Origin: a virus | Lineage: Duplodnaviria > Heunggongvirae > Uroviricota > Caudoviricetes | Reading direction: 5' to 3' (one strand) | DNA: 64,000 nucleotides | Virus record (IMG/VR): IMGVR_UViG_2925939204_000001 | Part shown: piece by piece, positions 1 to 8,785 of the stretch | Layout of the letters: every line of letters begins with the position of its first letter | Position numbering within the stretch: the first letter of the stretch is position 1 | Position numbers and translations under genes: made by a program | Notes under the pieces: generated by a model | What the model saw: the letters and a program-made list of their open reading frames with translations, nothing else | The model's database searches: none | What the model was told of the DNA's origin: nothing

Positions 1-18
1 ATCCGTGGAGGAAGGACA

Positions 19-672
19 ATGGAAAAGATCGCAATATTCAGCCTGACCACCAGCAAGCCTCAAATGCTCACTGCAATACTGAAAGACGGTGCTCTCATTA
101 TTAACGAAGTAAAACCCCTTCCCGCGTCAGCATTGGAGCAAAAGCAAAAAATTCCTCCAGCCATAGCAGCCCTGCGGAAAAGCAAATTTAAGGTACTGGT
201 AGACGAAATTACGCCAACGATCTCCGCTGGCACCGGAGCAAGCCAGGTGACTCTCAAGACCCGTCATGCCGATGGCAGAGCAGCAATCATCGTCGGGATG
301 GAAAGATACAGAGAGTTAAAACTCCAGAAGCTATTATCCCTGCCGCAAAATAACAAAGGTGCTTTCGAAATCCCCGACTCTATCGTTGATACCGAATACA
401 ACGGTAACGGAGAAGAAGTCTACAGGGTGAACTGGCAGGATATCAGGCCGGAGCATATTCTGATGATCCTGTGTTGCTACGCGACCGTATACCACAACGT
501 TGCCAGTGCGGATTACGTAGAGCAGATGACCGGTACAGTCGATAAAGAGCAAAAAACAGGCATACTCGCTTCGTTCCTTTCCATTATTGGGCATGAAAAA
601 GTTAAAGCAGGCACCTCCCAGCCAAAGTCACTGGCTGGGAAAGAAGTTGATGAAGATACCGTGATACTTTGA
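19..672 (+). CDS. hypothetical protein (217 aa)
   Basis: Long ORF with GGAGG Shine-Dalgarno 5 nt upstream of ATG; no motif recognised. Confidence 0.55.
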   Translation: MEKIAIFSLTTSKPQMLTAILKDGALIINEVKPLPASALEQKQKIPPAIAALRKSKFKVLVDEITPTISAGTGASQVTLKTRHADGRAAIIVGMERYRELKLQKLLSLPQNNKGAFEIPDSIVDTEYNGNGEEVYRVNWQDIRPEHILMILCCYATVYHNVASADYVEQMTGTVDKEQKTGILASFLSIIGHEKVKAGTSQPKSLAGKEVDEDTVIL

Positions 673-905
673 TCACATTAGTAGCTTTGTTAACTCCCTC
701 AATACCAGGTAGAAGAGTAACAAAAATATTGACGCGAGTATTTGAGTGGTCAATGAAGCGTTCATAAACAGATCAATTAGCATTAATAATTCGAAGATAA
801 CATCCATGTCATTCACTCCGTTTAATTTTTAATCTAATGCCAGCAAATGAAGCTGGCCCCCGCATAAAGATTAATGAAAGTCACTTGTCACCAGTGAGGG
901 GATTT

Positions 906-989
906 ATGAACCACATCCCCCTGAACTGGTGGCCTGTCTGTTTCTCGCATTTCACACCCTGCATACAGTTTCCCCCAGGTTATGACTGA
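906..989 (+). CDS. small upstream ORF (27 aa, MNHIPLNWWPVCFSHFTPCIQFPPGYD), possible leader peptide
   Basis: GAGGGG SD 4-5 nt before ATG; not in ORF track (below 60 aa); speculative. Confidence 0.2.
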   Translation: MNHIPLNWWPVCFSHFTPCIQFPPGYD

Positions 990-1000
990 GAGGCTTTGTT

Positions 1001-1330
1001 ATGGGCTATAGCAGACTCGACGATAGGTACATTGAAGACGATATTTTTCGTGCGCTGTTTCACCAGGAAATGATTAAGCGGGTATCGGAGTATCACTCTG
1101 ATAATTTCCAGTACACGATAAAGATTGATGAAGTATATCGTTCAGACCTTGCAGCCTACAGGGCGTATGGCAATGCAGATTTGCGCTGGGTATTCCGGGT
1201 GCTGGTGGGCCATGAGTCAGAAATGGAAGAAATGCCCGCCGGGACCACGTTAACTCTTCCTGATGTGGCATGGCTGAGGAACAAGATCCGTGATTACGCG
1301 AGCGCGGAACCGGAGATAGAAAATGCCTGA
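1001..1330 (+). CDS. LysM-like phage tail protein X family candidate (109 aa)
   Basis: Motif Y..DL..YRAYGN...WVFRVL...MPAGTTLTLPDV resembles P2 gpX-type LysM-like tail proteins; overlaps next gene by 8 nt. Confidence 0.5.
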   Translation: MGYSRLDDRYIEDDIFRALFHQEMIKRVSEYHSDNFQYTIKIDEVYRSDLAAYRAYGNADLRWVFRVLVGHESEMEEMPAGTTLTLPDVAWLRNKIRDYASAEPEIENA

Positions 1331-2516
1331 TTTCCTGAAAAACCAGGACGGGCGCTATATCACTGACGGCCTGTCCTCTAAGGACTTCACGCGTTTATTC
1401 GAGCTTATCAGGAAAGAACAAACCCGTAAGCGCCGACAAGCTCACCGGACGCTGACGCCAGGTAGACTGAGGAACAAATCCGCCGAAGATATTCTCAAGT
1501 TAGGGAAGAAAAAAGGCGGCACGTTCTTCACGCGAGACGACCTGAAAGGTTTCGAAAAGCTACGGAGTAAAACGCGCGAAAAATATGACAGCAAGACGGC
1601 TGGCATCACATACGCCCAGCTGGTGGCATCCAGCCAGGCAATCGATATTAAGCGTGCAAATAACGCCGTGGATGACGGATCTGGTATCAAAAGAGCTACA
1701 CCCGTATCTCTTCGCCACAACGTGATTAATATCCGCGTAGAAGCATCGGATATATCCGTCCACCAGCACCATATCGTCCGGATACGCTTTGAAGAATGGG
1801 ATCAGATGGTCGATAACATCGCAGAAGACGATAAATCAGCTCTGAAAATCACTAAATCACTGTGCGCCGGGCGGGTGTCTTTCGATTGTGACTGTGGTCG
1901 TCATCAATACTGGTATCGTTACATCGCTACTGCGGGTAACTTTGCCCTGGCCCCGCCAAAAGAATACGCCTATCCAAAAGTTCGCAACCCGAAGCTGCAA
2001 GGCGTCGCCTGTAAACACGTGATCCACTCAATGACGCGGTTACAGTCCGCCAGTTGGCAAATGAGTATTGCTCGTGCGCTACAAAAGGCTGCAACGCAAA
2101 TTGCATTTGGTGACGATCGCCGCCGTACAACCAAACACTTCTCAAAAGAAGACGAGAAGGAGTTTAATCGCAATCGTAGCAGTAAAACGAACGTTGAAGC
2201 CGCCAAACGCGAATGGAGGCTCTATCAGAAGCGCCAGGCAGCTTTAAGTACAAAACTGGCAAAGGACAACGGCAAGATCGACAAACTACGTGACCAATTG
2301 ACCAAGGCCAGAAAGTTGTCAGATGCACAGAAAAAACGGGCGGCAGCAAAAGAAGCGGCCTTGCAACGTGAGAAACAGAAAAACAAGGAGCTTCAGCAAC
2401 GCCTTGCCGATCAGTTCGCACTGAAGAAGCAGGCGTTCATTGATGCGCTTGTCATGGCTGGAACACCACCAGCACAAGCTGAAAAAATGTTCATGGAGTA
2501 TGTAAAAAAAGCATAA
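1323..2516 (+). CDS. hypothetical protein with CxC...CxH zinc-finger-like motif and basic coiled-coil C-terminus (397 aa)
   Basis: FDCDCGRHQYWYRY...CKHVIH resembles a SWIM-type zinc finger; C-terminal K/R/Q-rich coiled coil. Confidence 0.55.
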   Translation: MPDFLKNQDGRYITDGLSSKDFTRLFELIRKEQTRKRRQAHRTLTPGRLRNKSAEDILKLGKKKGGTFFTRDDLKGFEKLRSKTREKYDSKTAGITYAQLVASSQAIDIKRANNAVDDGSGIKRATPVSLRHNVINIRVEASDISVHQHHIVRIRFEEWDQMVDNIAEDDKSALKITKSLCAGRVSFDCDCGRHQYWYRYIATAGNFALAPPKEYAYPKVRNPKLQGVACKHVIHSMTRLQSASWQMSIARALQKAATQIAFGDDRRRTTKHFSKEDEKEFNRNRSSKTNVEAAKREWRLYQKRQAALSTKLAKDNGKIDKLRDQLTKARKLSDAQKKRAAAKEAALQREKQKNKELQQRLADQFALKKQAFIDALVMAGTPPAQAEKMFMEYVKKA

Positions 2517-2523
2517 ACCACAC

Positions 2524-2560
2524 ATAGCCTAGCTGCCTAGGCTAGGCTTTCATCTTTTTG
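2524..2560 (+). terminator. stem-loop (AGCCTAG/CTAGGCT) followed by T-rich tract
   Basis: Inverted repeat 2526-2543 then ...TTTCATCTTTTTG after stop at 2516. Confidence 0.5.
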
Positions 2561-3278
2561 AAAAATCAATTTCCGTTTTATCAAATAAATTTGAAATATC
2601 AGCAACCAATTTATTAAAATCATGATCGCCATTATAAAGCGAAGTCTTCTTTATTGCCATTACAAAATCATATAACTTTTCTGGGGAGTCAATACCAACC
2701 CCTCTACTTTTAAAAAGCTCAATGATAACTCCAACATCATCATATAATAACTTTATTGCCGCCATAATCTCTTTTTGCTGCCTAAGCAATCTCTCAAGTT
2801 CATTTTTATTTTCATCCATAATTCTTTTGTTGAATTGTGTATCATTAATACTTTTTATTATTTCAGCCTCTTTTATTTGCAACGCCTTTCTTTTATTTTG
2901 ATCCATGTCAGCATCCAAATACCTTATCTCTGTGTATATTTTACTTGTTAGCTTTGATACGCAAAGAGTGACAATCGGAGCTGCAATTGATGCAATAATT
3001 CCAAAAATAAATGGCAAGAAAAAATGATAAAACCAAGGAGACAAAACGCCTTCATAAACTAGAGGAATCTTACCTCCAACAAATGTTACAGATAAAGTAT
3101 ATAGGATATCATCCTTTGACTTCATCAATATTAGTATATCTTTCCAATTAATAATTAGAAAAGAAATTAATATATATGCAAACACTTTATTAAAAAGCTT
3201 GTCTTTTATGGCATCTCCAAAAGATACTTTGATTAGATCATTTTCAGTCAATTTTTCTGTTGATGAATCTGTATTCAT
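2550..3278 (-). CDS. AT-rich two-TM membrane protein with long helical cytoplasmic domain (242 aa); candidate exclusion/abortive-infection effector
   Basis: Two hydrophobic segments (VFAYILISFLIINW, WFYHFFLPFIFGIIASIAAPIVTLCV); gene visibly far more AT-rich than flanking DNA. Confidence 0.6.
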   Translation of the reverse strand: MNTDSSTEKLTENDLIKVSFGDAIKDKLFNKVFAYILISFLIINWKDILILMKSKDDILYTLSVTFVGGKIPLVYEGVLSPWFYHFFLPFIFGIIASIAAPIVTLCVSKLTSKIYTEIRYLDADMDQNKRKALQIKEAEIIKSINDTQFNKRIMDENKNELERLLRQQKEIMAAIKLLYDDVGVIIELFKSRGVGIDSPEKLYDFVMAIKKTSLYNGDHDFNKLVADISNLFDKTEIDFSKR

Positions 3279-3340
3279 ATAAACTACCGTGATTTCTAAT
3301 ATCTATTTTATGAAAATAGCTGTCATCCAGACCGCCAAAC

Positions 3341-3700
3341 TCAAATACCAACCAAGCTTTCAAGAGGAATGCCAAACTGGGAATGTAAACGGCGAATCAT
3401 AGGTAACGTCAAATTTCGTGTCCCATTTAGCACTTCGTAAACACGATTTGACTTACCAATCGCCGGCTCCAGATCCTTCACGGTCAGCCCTTGCTGTTCC
3501 ATACGGAATTTAATGGCCTCAATAGGTGATGGTGGCTCAATTGGGTAATGTTTTTTCTCGTACTCCTCAATGAGAAGACTCATAACCTCAAAGAAATCAC
3601 CTTCCGGAGTATTCATTTCCGGTTCGTTATCGAACATCGGTTCGACCGCACGCAGTGCGGCCTCATAATCTTGTTCTGTACGGATAGGTTTAATGTTCAT
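3341..3700 (-). CDS. HigA-family (E. coli K-12 type) HTH antitoxin-like regulator (119 aa)
   Basis: N-terminal EQDYEAALRAVE...LIEEYE plus C-terminal HTH LTVKDLEPAIGKSNRVYEVLNGTRNLTLPMIRRLHSQFGIP typical of K-12 HigA-type antitoxins; no cognate toxin adjacent. Confidence 0.65.
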   Translation of the reverse strand: MNIKPIRTEQDYEAALRAVEPMFDNEPEMNTPEGDFFEVMSLLIEEYEKKHYPIEPPSPIEAIKFRMEQQGLTVKDLEPAIGKSNRVYEVLNGTRNLTLPMIRRLHSQFGIPLESLVGI

Positions 3701-3712
3701 TAATTACAAAGG

Positions 3713-3741
3713 AAAGCCCACTTGCTAAGTGGGCTTTTTGT
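3713..3741. terminator. stem-loop AAAGCCCACT-TGCTA-AGTGGGCTTT with flanking T/A tracts (possibly bidirectional)
   Basis: Perfect 10-bp inverted repeat followed by TTTTTG on plus strand; lies between higA and the second HTH gene. Confidence 0.45.
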
Positions 3742-3756
3742 ATGTGTTTTACTATA

Positions 3757-4095
3757 TCAGGCTGCTTTTTTATTCAGGTTCCGCTGAGAAATAAATTTTT
3801 CAGCAGTATTGATACGACTTAACTCTTCCTGGACGCGCATATCATTTTCGACTTCCCACAGATCTACTGCGGTCTGAAGATTAATCCAAAAATCTACAGA
3901 AGTATCGAATGCTTTTGCCAGGCGATATGCCATATCCATCGTTAGCTTACGATTGTTATTAACAAGAGCGCTTACGGTGTTACGATGAACATGAAGTATT
4001 TCTGCTAACTCGTTGATCTTCAGCTCTAACGGCTCCAGGTATTCGTACAGCAGGATATCACCTACGGTCGTCGGTTTTCTGGTTGCCTGTTTCAT
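3757..4095 (-). CDS. higA: HigA antitoxin (XRE-type HTH, VapI-like)
   Basis: GDILLYEYLEPLELKINELAEILHVHRNTVSALVNNNRKLTMDMAYRLAKAF...FWINLQ matches VapI/HigA antidote HTH pattern; immediately downstream of higB. Confidence 0.8.
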   Translation of the reverse strand: MKQATRKPTTVGDILLYEYLEPLELKINELAEILHVHRNTVSALVNNNRKLTMDMAYRLAKAFDTSVDFWINLQTAVDLWEVENDMRVQEELSRINTAEKFISQRNLNKKAA

Positions 4096-4165
4096 TTTTT
4101 GCCCTTACTAGCGTGCGTATTAAGTGGACTCTGGTCAGAACCCGGTCCGTAACCGGGTATCTGTT

Positions 4166-4468
4166 TTAGTATTTGTGAGGGTCGAGATACAAGTCCTCGG
4201 CCTTTCCGTTAACCCACTTAAAAATTAACCTATATTGCTTATTCACCCTTACTGATGAATAGCCATTTAGCTTCCCTGACAGTTCCTCATACCGATTACC
4301 TGGTGGTGATCTTAAATCCTTACAGGTAGTTGCGGCATTGATAATGTCCAACTTCCGTGACAATGTCATATGAATATCAGGAGGTATCTTTCTATGTGGT
4401 GTTGAAAATTCAAAAAAATCATCAAGCCACGCATCCCTGAAATCCTTTATGTTAATTTTTTTGGTCAT
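4166..4468 (-). CDS. higB: HigB toxin (RelE/ParE superfamily killer protein)
   Basis: C-terminal YSSVRVNKQYRLIFKWVNGKAEDLYLDPHKY typical of HigB-type mRNA interferases; toxin-first gene order. Confidence 0.8.
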   Translation of the reverse strand: MTKKINIKDFRDAWLDDFFEFSTPHRKIPPDIHMTLSRKLDIINAATTCKDLRSPPGNRYEELSGKLNGYSSVRVNKQYRLIFKWVNGKAEDLYLDPHKY

Positions 4469-4567
4469 TAGTCATTTGATCCTCCGTGATGATTACCGAA
4501 TGCCATAACTATAGCGCACCGTTGCACTGTGCGCAAGTGCATTTTATGAATTCCCCCTCCTTCATCC

Positions 4568-4589
4568 AAAATCACAATCTCCCGAAAAT
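4568..4589 (+). promoter_or_regulatory. late-promoter-like element AAAATCACA-N7-GAAAAT
   Basis: One of about eight intergenic copies of AAATCACA followed 7 nt later by a -10-like hexamer; upstream of 4619 operon. Confidence 0.35.
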
Positions 4590-4618
4590 CTTCCTTTCGA
4601 TACCTGACAGATCGACCT

Positions 4619-5422
4619 TTGAGGATGCTTATGGGCCGTTTTGACGAATGGTTTGCTGACGATGCAAACCTGGCAAGTAAGGAGTCAGAACATGACAGCA
4701 CGCAGAGAGAAACGCCAGCGCCGATTGAAGCGAATGCAGGAGGCGCGCCGGAACATGGCAATACCGGTTCGGATTCATTCAGCATTCTGGAAGAGCAACC
4801 CGCCGCCAAAGCTGATAGCCATGATAATTTTGCTGATAGCAACGGTGGCCTTACTCCGGATGCTGGCGAATCAGATATAGCCATACTTCCATCTTCCCTG
4901 GCTGGCAGAGAACCGACTCCACAGTTAAAAGCACGCTATAACGGGCATAAAGCCTTTAACGACCAAATCCGCGCAGACTGGATGCTGATTATTGAATCCA
5001 GCCCAGACGCGTTTCAGGCTCTCTTATATCGACCAGATGTTGGCACATATGGGGTAGTCAGCGACGAAACAGGAGAAGAGTCATTCACTGAACTGGATAA
5101 CAACCAACGCGAACTGACTTACCAGGAACCTGAAATCGTTTATGTGCTGGATAACCCTGACGGGCGTGACTCTTTCCATGCGATTGACGCAGACGGTGAG
5201 CAGGATGGCTTAACCGATGATGTTCTGATTCTGCGTATTGCAGCAAATAACGTCCCCGTCGGCTCAATTCTTGAATGGAATGAAGAGATGGTAAACGGCG
5301 TAGCGCGCCGCTGGTGGTACGTGCACCGTATTTTTAGCTACGGCACACAGCATGTTGGTTCGCTTTACTACTGCATACCTGCCAGGAATTTTGATACGAC
5401 TCAAAACGGAGTGATCGAATGA
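4619..5422 (+). CDS. acidic protein, probable virion/baseplate-module component (267 aa)
   Basis: GAGGA SD before ATG; D/E-rich N-terminus; first gene of a four-gene overlapping plus-strand operon. Confidence 0.5.
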   Translation: MRMLMGRFDEWFADDANLASKESEHDSTQRETPAPIEANAGGAPEHGNTGSDSFSILEEQPAAKADSHDNFADSNGGLTPDAGESDIAILPSSLAGREPTPQLKARYNGHKAFNDQIRADWMLIIESSPDAFQALLYRPDVGTYGVVSDETGEESFTELDNNQRELTYQEPEIVYVLDNPDGRDSFHAIDADGEQDGLTDDVLILRIAANNVPVGSILEWNEEMVNGVARRWWYVHRIFSYGTQHVGSLYYCIPARNFDTTQNGVIE

Positions 5423-6186
5423 CTTCAAATAAAACCCTCCTGGCGCGAACAGGTGAATGGCAAACCTCACGTACAGGAAAATTCCAGACCACGGGCTTTG
5501 AAAACGTGGATAACGCGTTTGCGACGCTAATCAGCAACATTTTTTCTGATATCTTACTGGTGGCCCCCGCGCCGGAAGAAAAACGCTTTGCGTCATTCCT
5601 GAATCGTCCACCAGCAGAGCGTGTCTATGTGGCCCGTTTCGACAATGCGATCGAGTTTCTTAAAGCAGTTCGTCGCGCAAATGCCGGGCAAGGGAGAAAA
5701 CCTGAAAACCAGAACATTAACCGGGATGCTCTCCCCCTGGTCAATATCTCACGCACTATGGATATCAATTATATCAACGATGATCAGCAGATTGACCGCA
5801 AAAAAGTAGCCAGTTTTTGCGAACCGGATACCGGAATGCCTTTAGCAGAACTGGAATACACCCAGGCCATTCTGACGTATGACGTTACGTTAATGGCAAC
5901 TGATAAAGCGACCATGAGTCTGATGTGTAATTCGCTGGGCGCACGGCTTCGCCTGATGACAGGTACACAATTTGAAGCAACCACTCACCTTGTTCGTGTC
6001 CCGGTCCCGCTGATTTGCTCGATACAGGATGCCAAAGAAGTCGGCTTTACGGATGTTTCAGCACCAATTGGAGAAGAGCGTATTTATGCCACACAAGCGC
6101 CGATAAGTGTGATTGCAGACGTGATCACAGCATGGGAGTTGGACGCAAAACGTATTATTACCGAAACCTCGATATCTATGGGGTGA
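5419..6186 (+). CDS. hypothetical protein, tail/baseplate module (255 aa)
   Basis: 4-nt start/stop overlap with upstream gene (translational coupling). Confidence 0.5.
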   Translation: MTSNKTLLARTGEWQTSRTGKFQTTGFENVDNAFATLISNIFSDILLVAPAPEEKRFASFLNRPPAERVYVARFDNAIEFLKAVRRANAGQGRKPENQNINRDALPLVNISRTMDINYINDDQQIDRKKVASFCEPDTGMPLAELEYTQAILTYDVTLMATDKATMSLMCNSLGARLRLMTGTQFEATTHLVRVPVPLICSIQDAKEVGFTDVSAPIGEERIYATQAPISVIADVITAWELDAKRIITETSISMG

Positions 6187-6189
6187 TAA

Positions 6190-7170
6190 GTGGCCCAGGA
6201 GTTACAACAATATTTTCTACAGTCAGTGCTCATTAACGATAACAAAGTGCCACGAGACTGGATTTTTACCGCAGTATATGTAGAAAAAACCAGCCTCAAA
6301 GCCCCTTTGCTAAAACTGGAAATTCATGACGCTACCGGCACCGTAATTGATGACTGGAAAGCCAAATACGGTGCATCGCTGGTGGCTGAAATGGGCGATC
6401 CAAACGGTAATGCAGGCACTTTTAAAACAGATTTCTTTGTTACGTCTGCAATGCTGGCTGGTGATGTTGTTACCGTTATTGCTGTCAGTGAAGACGTGCG
6501 CAGGTTTAAGATCCCCTCCCCGCGCACAAATTTACATACCAACAAAACACCAGACGCTATATTCAAGGCATATTCCGGCAAACTTAAAATTACCAGCAGC
6601 GTGCTAAAACGCGCAGTTACATATCATCTGAATGCCGGTGACAAACCGTCAAAAATGCTTTCGGAGATAGCGCGAGACAAAGGTGCATTGTGTTGGGTAT
6701 GTCGGGGGGAATTTAACTTTTACACCCTGGCTGATCTGATGAAGCAAACGCCATCATTTACCTACGAGGGGAATAACCCTAAAGCAGAATACACTTTGTC
6801 CAAAATGCGCCTACTCCAACAGGAACATGCGACAACAGCAAAGAATCAATATCGTTTTGTTGGGTATTCCATGACCGATGGCTACGTCGAATATGGCGAT
6901 AGCTCACTCCCAGTGCGTTATATATCCGACTCTGATATGGAAACTCTTCGCAATATGCAGCTGTCTCTCGTCCCCAAAATGGATATAGAAGTCGCAGGCA
7001 ATCCTGATATAAAACCGGGGATGGTAATAGAGATTATCGTATACCGCTATGACCAGGAAAACCGCATTGATGAATCAATGCCCCGTAAGCTGATAGTAAA
7101 AAATGTTGCGCACTTTGAGGACCGCGTAGGCTACACAACACGAATGATATTGGGAGTGCCTAACAAATGA
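6190..7170 (+). CDS. hypothetical protein, tail/baseplate module (326 aa)
   Basis: Operon context; no motif recognised. Confidence 0.5.
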   Translation: MAQELQQYFLQSVLINDNKVPRDWIFTAVYVEKTSLKAPLLKLEIHDATGTVIDDWKAKYGASLVAEMGDPNGNAGTFKTDFFVTSAMLAGDVVTVIAVSEDVRRFKIPSPRTNLHTNKTPDAIFKAYSGKLKITSSVLKRAVTYHLNAGDKPSKMLSEIARDKGALCWVCRGEFNFYTLADLMKQTPSFTYEGNNPKAEYTLSKMRLLQQEHATTAKNQYRFVGYSMTDGYVEYGDSSLPVRYISDSDMETLRNMQLSLVPKMDIEVAGNPDIKPGMVIEIIVYRYDQENRIDESMPRKLIVKNVAHFEDRVGYTTRMILGVPNK

Positions 7171-7820
7171 AGCGTAGAGCGCAAATTGTTGGAACTGTGC
7201 ACCCGGCAGGGCTTATGCGTGCTCAAGTCCGTGTTTTACCTGACTGGAATGGCGTTCCTGATGACGATCTACCCTGGGCGGAATACCAGTTACCCATCGG
7301 GAACGCTTTTGTACCTACAGTCAAAGGTGACCTGGTCTGGGTAGAGTTTCCTTATTTAGATGTTAACGGTCGAATAGACACCAGACGCCCAATGATAGTT
7401 GGTGCCGCTCAGGATGCACCGGGAGGAATTCCAAACGTTGCACCAGAAGCATCTGGTAAAGGCAACGGCTGGACGCCGCCGGAAGTAGATGGAGCACCTC
7501 CCCGCCCCCAAATCTCAGCAACGAAAGACTTCGTTATTCACCGCAACAATATTCTTGAAGTACGAACTGCTGGTGGCGGCTATGAAATTGCCAATACGGC
7601 AGCAGGCTCAAGGATTGGCATGAATGAGTCCGGGCAGATATATATCATTGGTCCGGCTGATGTAATCGTGAATGCAGGAGGGAGTGTTAACGTCAAATCA
7701 GCCAACAACATCAATGTTAATGGGGAAAATATAGCTGTCACCGCTAACGGAGACATAGCTTTCAAGGCAGGAGGAACCTTTCAGGCCACTGCTGGCAACT
7801 TCGATTTCAAGAAAGGATAG
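7167..7820 (+). CDS. baseplate spike-like protein candidate (217 aa)
   Basis: 4-nt overlap with upstream gene; Gly/Asn-rich repeats (NAGGSVNVKSANNINVNGENIAVTANGDIAF) suggest a beta-helical spike. Confidence 0.45.
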   Translation: MKRRAQIVGTVHPAGLMRAQVRVLPDWNGVPDDDLPWAEYQLPIGNAFVPTVKGDLVWVEFPYLDVNGRIDTRRPMIVGAAQDAPGGIPNVAPEASGKGNGWTPPEVDGAPPRPQISATKDFVIHRNNILEVRTAGGGYEIANTAAGSRIGMNESGQIYIIGPADVIVNAGGSVNVKSANNINVNGENIAVTANGDIAFKAGGTFQATAGNFDFKKG

Positions 7821-7830
7821 AAAATGCACC

Positions 7831-7872
7831 CATTTGTGTTAGATAATTAATATGTATTTTCTAACACAAATG
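7831..7872. promoter_or_regulatory. operator-like 13-bp perfect inverted repeat CATTTGTGTTAGA-N16-TCTAACACAAATG
   Basis: Arms 7831-7843 and 7860-7872; AT-rich spacer TAATTAATATGTATTT; 8 nt upstream of rdgC start. Confidence 0.6.
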
Positions 7873-7879
7873 GTGAGAC

Positions 7880-8785
7880 ATGAGATCAGTCGCTTTCAAA
7901 AATATCTTCATCTATCGTCTTTCACGCGAAGTTAGCTGGGATACTGCAGAAGTAAATGCAGCCCTTAGCAAGTTTGTGTTTACCCCATGCGGTTCTCAGG
8001 ATATGGCTAAAGCTGGTTGGACCTCCGTTCTTGGTGACAACCTCACCCATGAATACCAGGGTTTTCTTCTGATACAGCATAAACGAGAGGAAAAAATCCT
8101 ACCTTCTCAAGTGCTCAAAGAAGAGTTACAGAAAAAAATCCTGACACTTGAAGAAGAGCAAGACAGAAAGCTGAAGAAGACCGAAAAAGATTCGCTGAAG
8201 GATGAAGTGCTTCACTCTCTTCTTCCTCGTGCTTTCACGAGAAAATCACTCGCCAAAATCCTGATCGACCGCAGCAACCATCTGGTATTCGTTGAGGCAA
8301 GCAGCGCCAAAAAGGCAGAGGACCAGCTGGCTTTATTGCGAAAATCGCTCGGCAGCCTGCCTGTCATTCCATTCACACCACGCGAACCGCTGGAAATTAC
8401 AATGACCGAGTGGTTTAAAAACGGCTTCCCTGCCGGATTTACAGCAGGTGAAGACGCCACATTAAAGGGTCTGCTCGATAATGGTGGTGCCGTTCGCTGC
8501 AACAAAGTTGATCTACAGTCCGACGAGATTATGTCTCACATTGAGGCGGGGAAAGTAGCTACGACCGTTGCAATTAACTGGATGGACCGCGCGTCGTTCA
8601 GAGTCAACGATGATATGAGTATCAAAGCCCTGACATTCTGTGATGATCTCTATGACCAGAACGACGATATCGACCGGGAGGATGTAGCACAACGATTTGA
8701 TGCTGATTTCGTGCTCTTTACGGGCGAATTATCTGCACTGTTTAACGCGCTGGTGGAGGCCATTGGCGGTGAAGCAGAACGTTAA
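7880..8785 (+). CDS. rdgC: recombination-associated protein RdgC
   Basis: Near-colinear match to E. coli RdgC ([51 protein letters not shown]-terminal [16 protein letters not shown]...GGEA). Confidence 0.9.
   Translation: MRSVAFKNIFIYRLSREVSWDTAEVNAALSKFVFTPCGSQDMAKAGWTSVLGDNLTHEYQGFLLIQHKREEKILPSQVLKEELQKKILTLEEEQDRKLKKTEKDSLKDEVLHSLLPRAFTRKSLAKILIDRSNHLVFVEASSAKKAEDQLALLRKSLGSLPVIPFTPREPLEITMTEWFKNGFPAGFTAGEDATLKGLLDNGGAVRCNKVDLQSDEIMSHIEAGKVATTVAINWMDRASFRVNDDMSIKALTFCDDLYDQNDDIDREDVAQRFDADFVLFTGELSALFNALVEAIGGEAER

Noticed and set aside
4468-4884. 138-aa minus-strand ORF overlapping the start of the 4619 operon
   Set aside because: Ala/Ser-rich low-complexity translation antisense to an acidic protein gene that has a proper SD; no start context of its own
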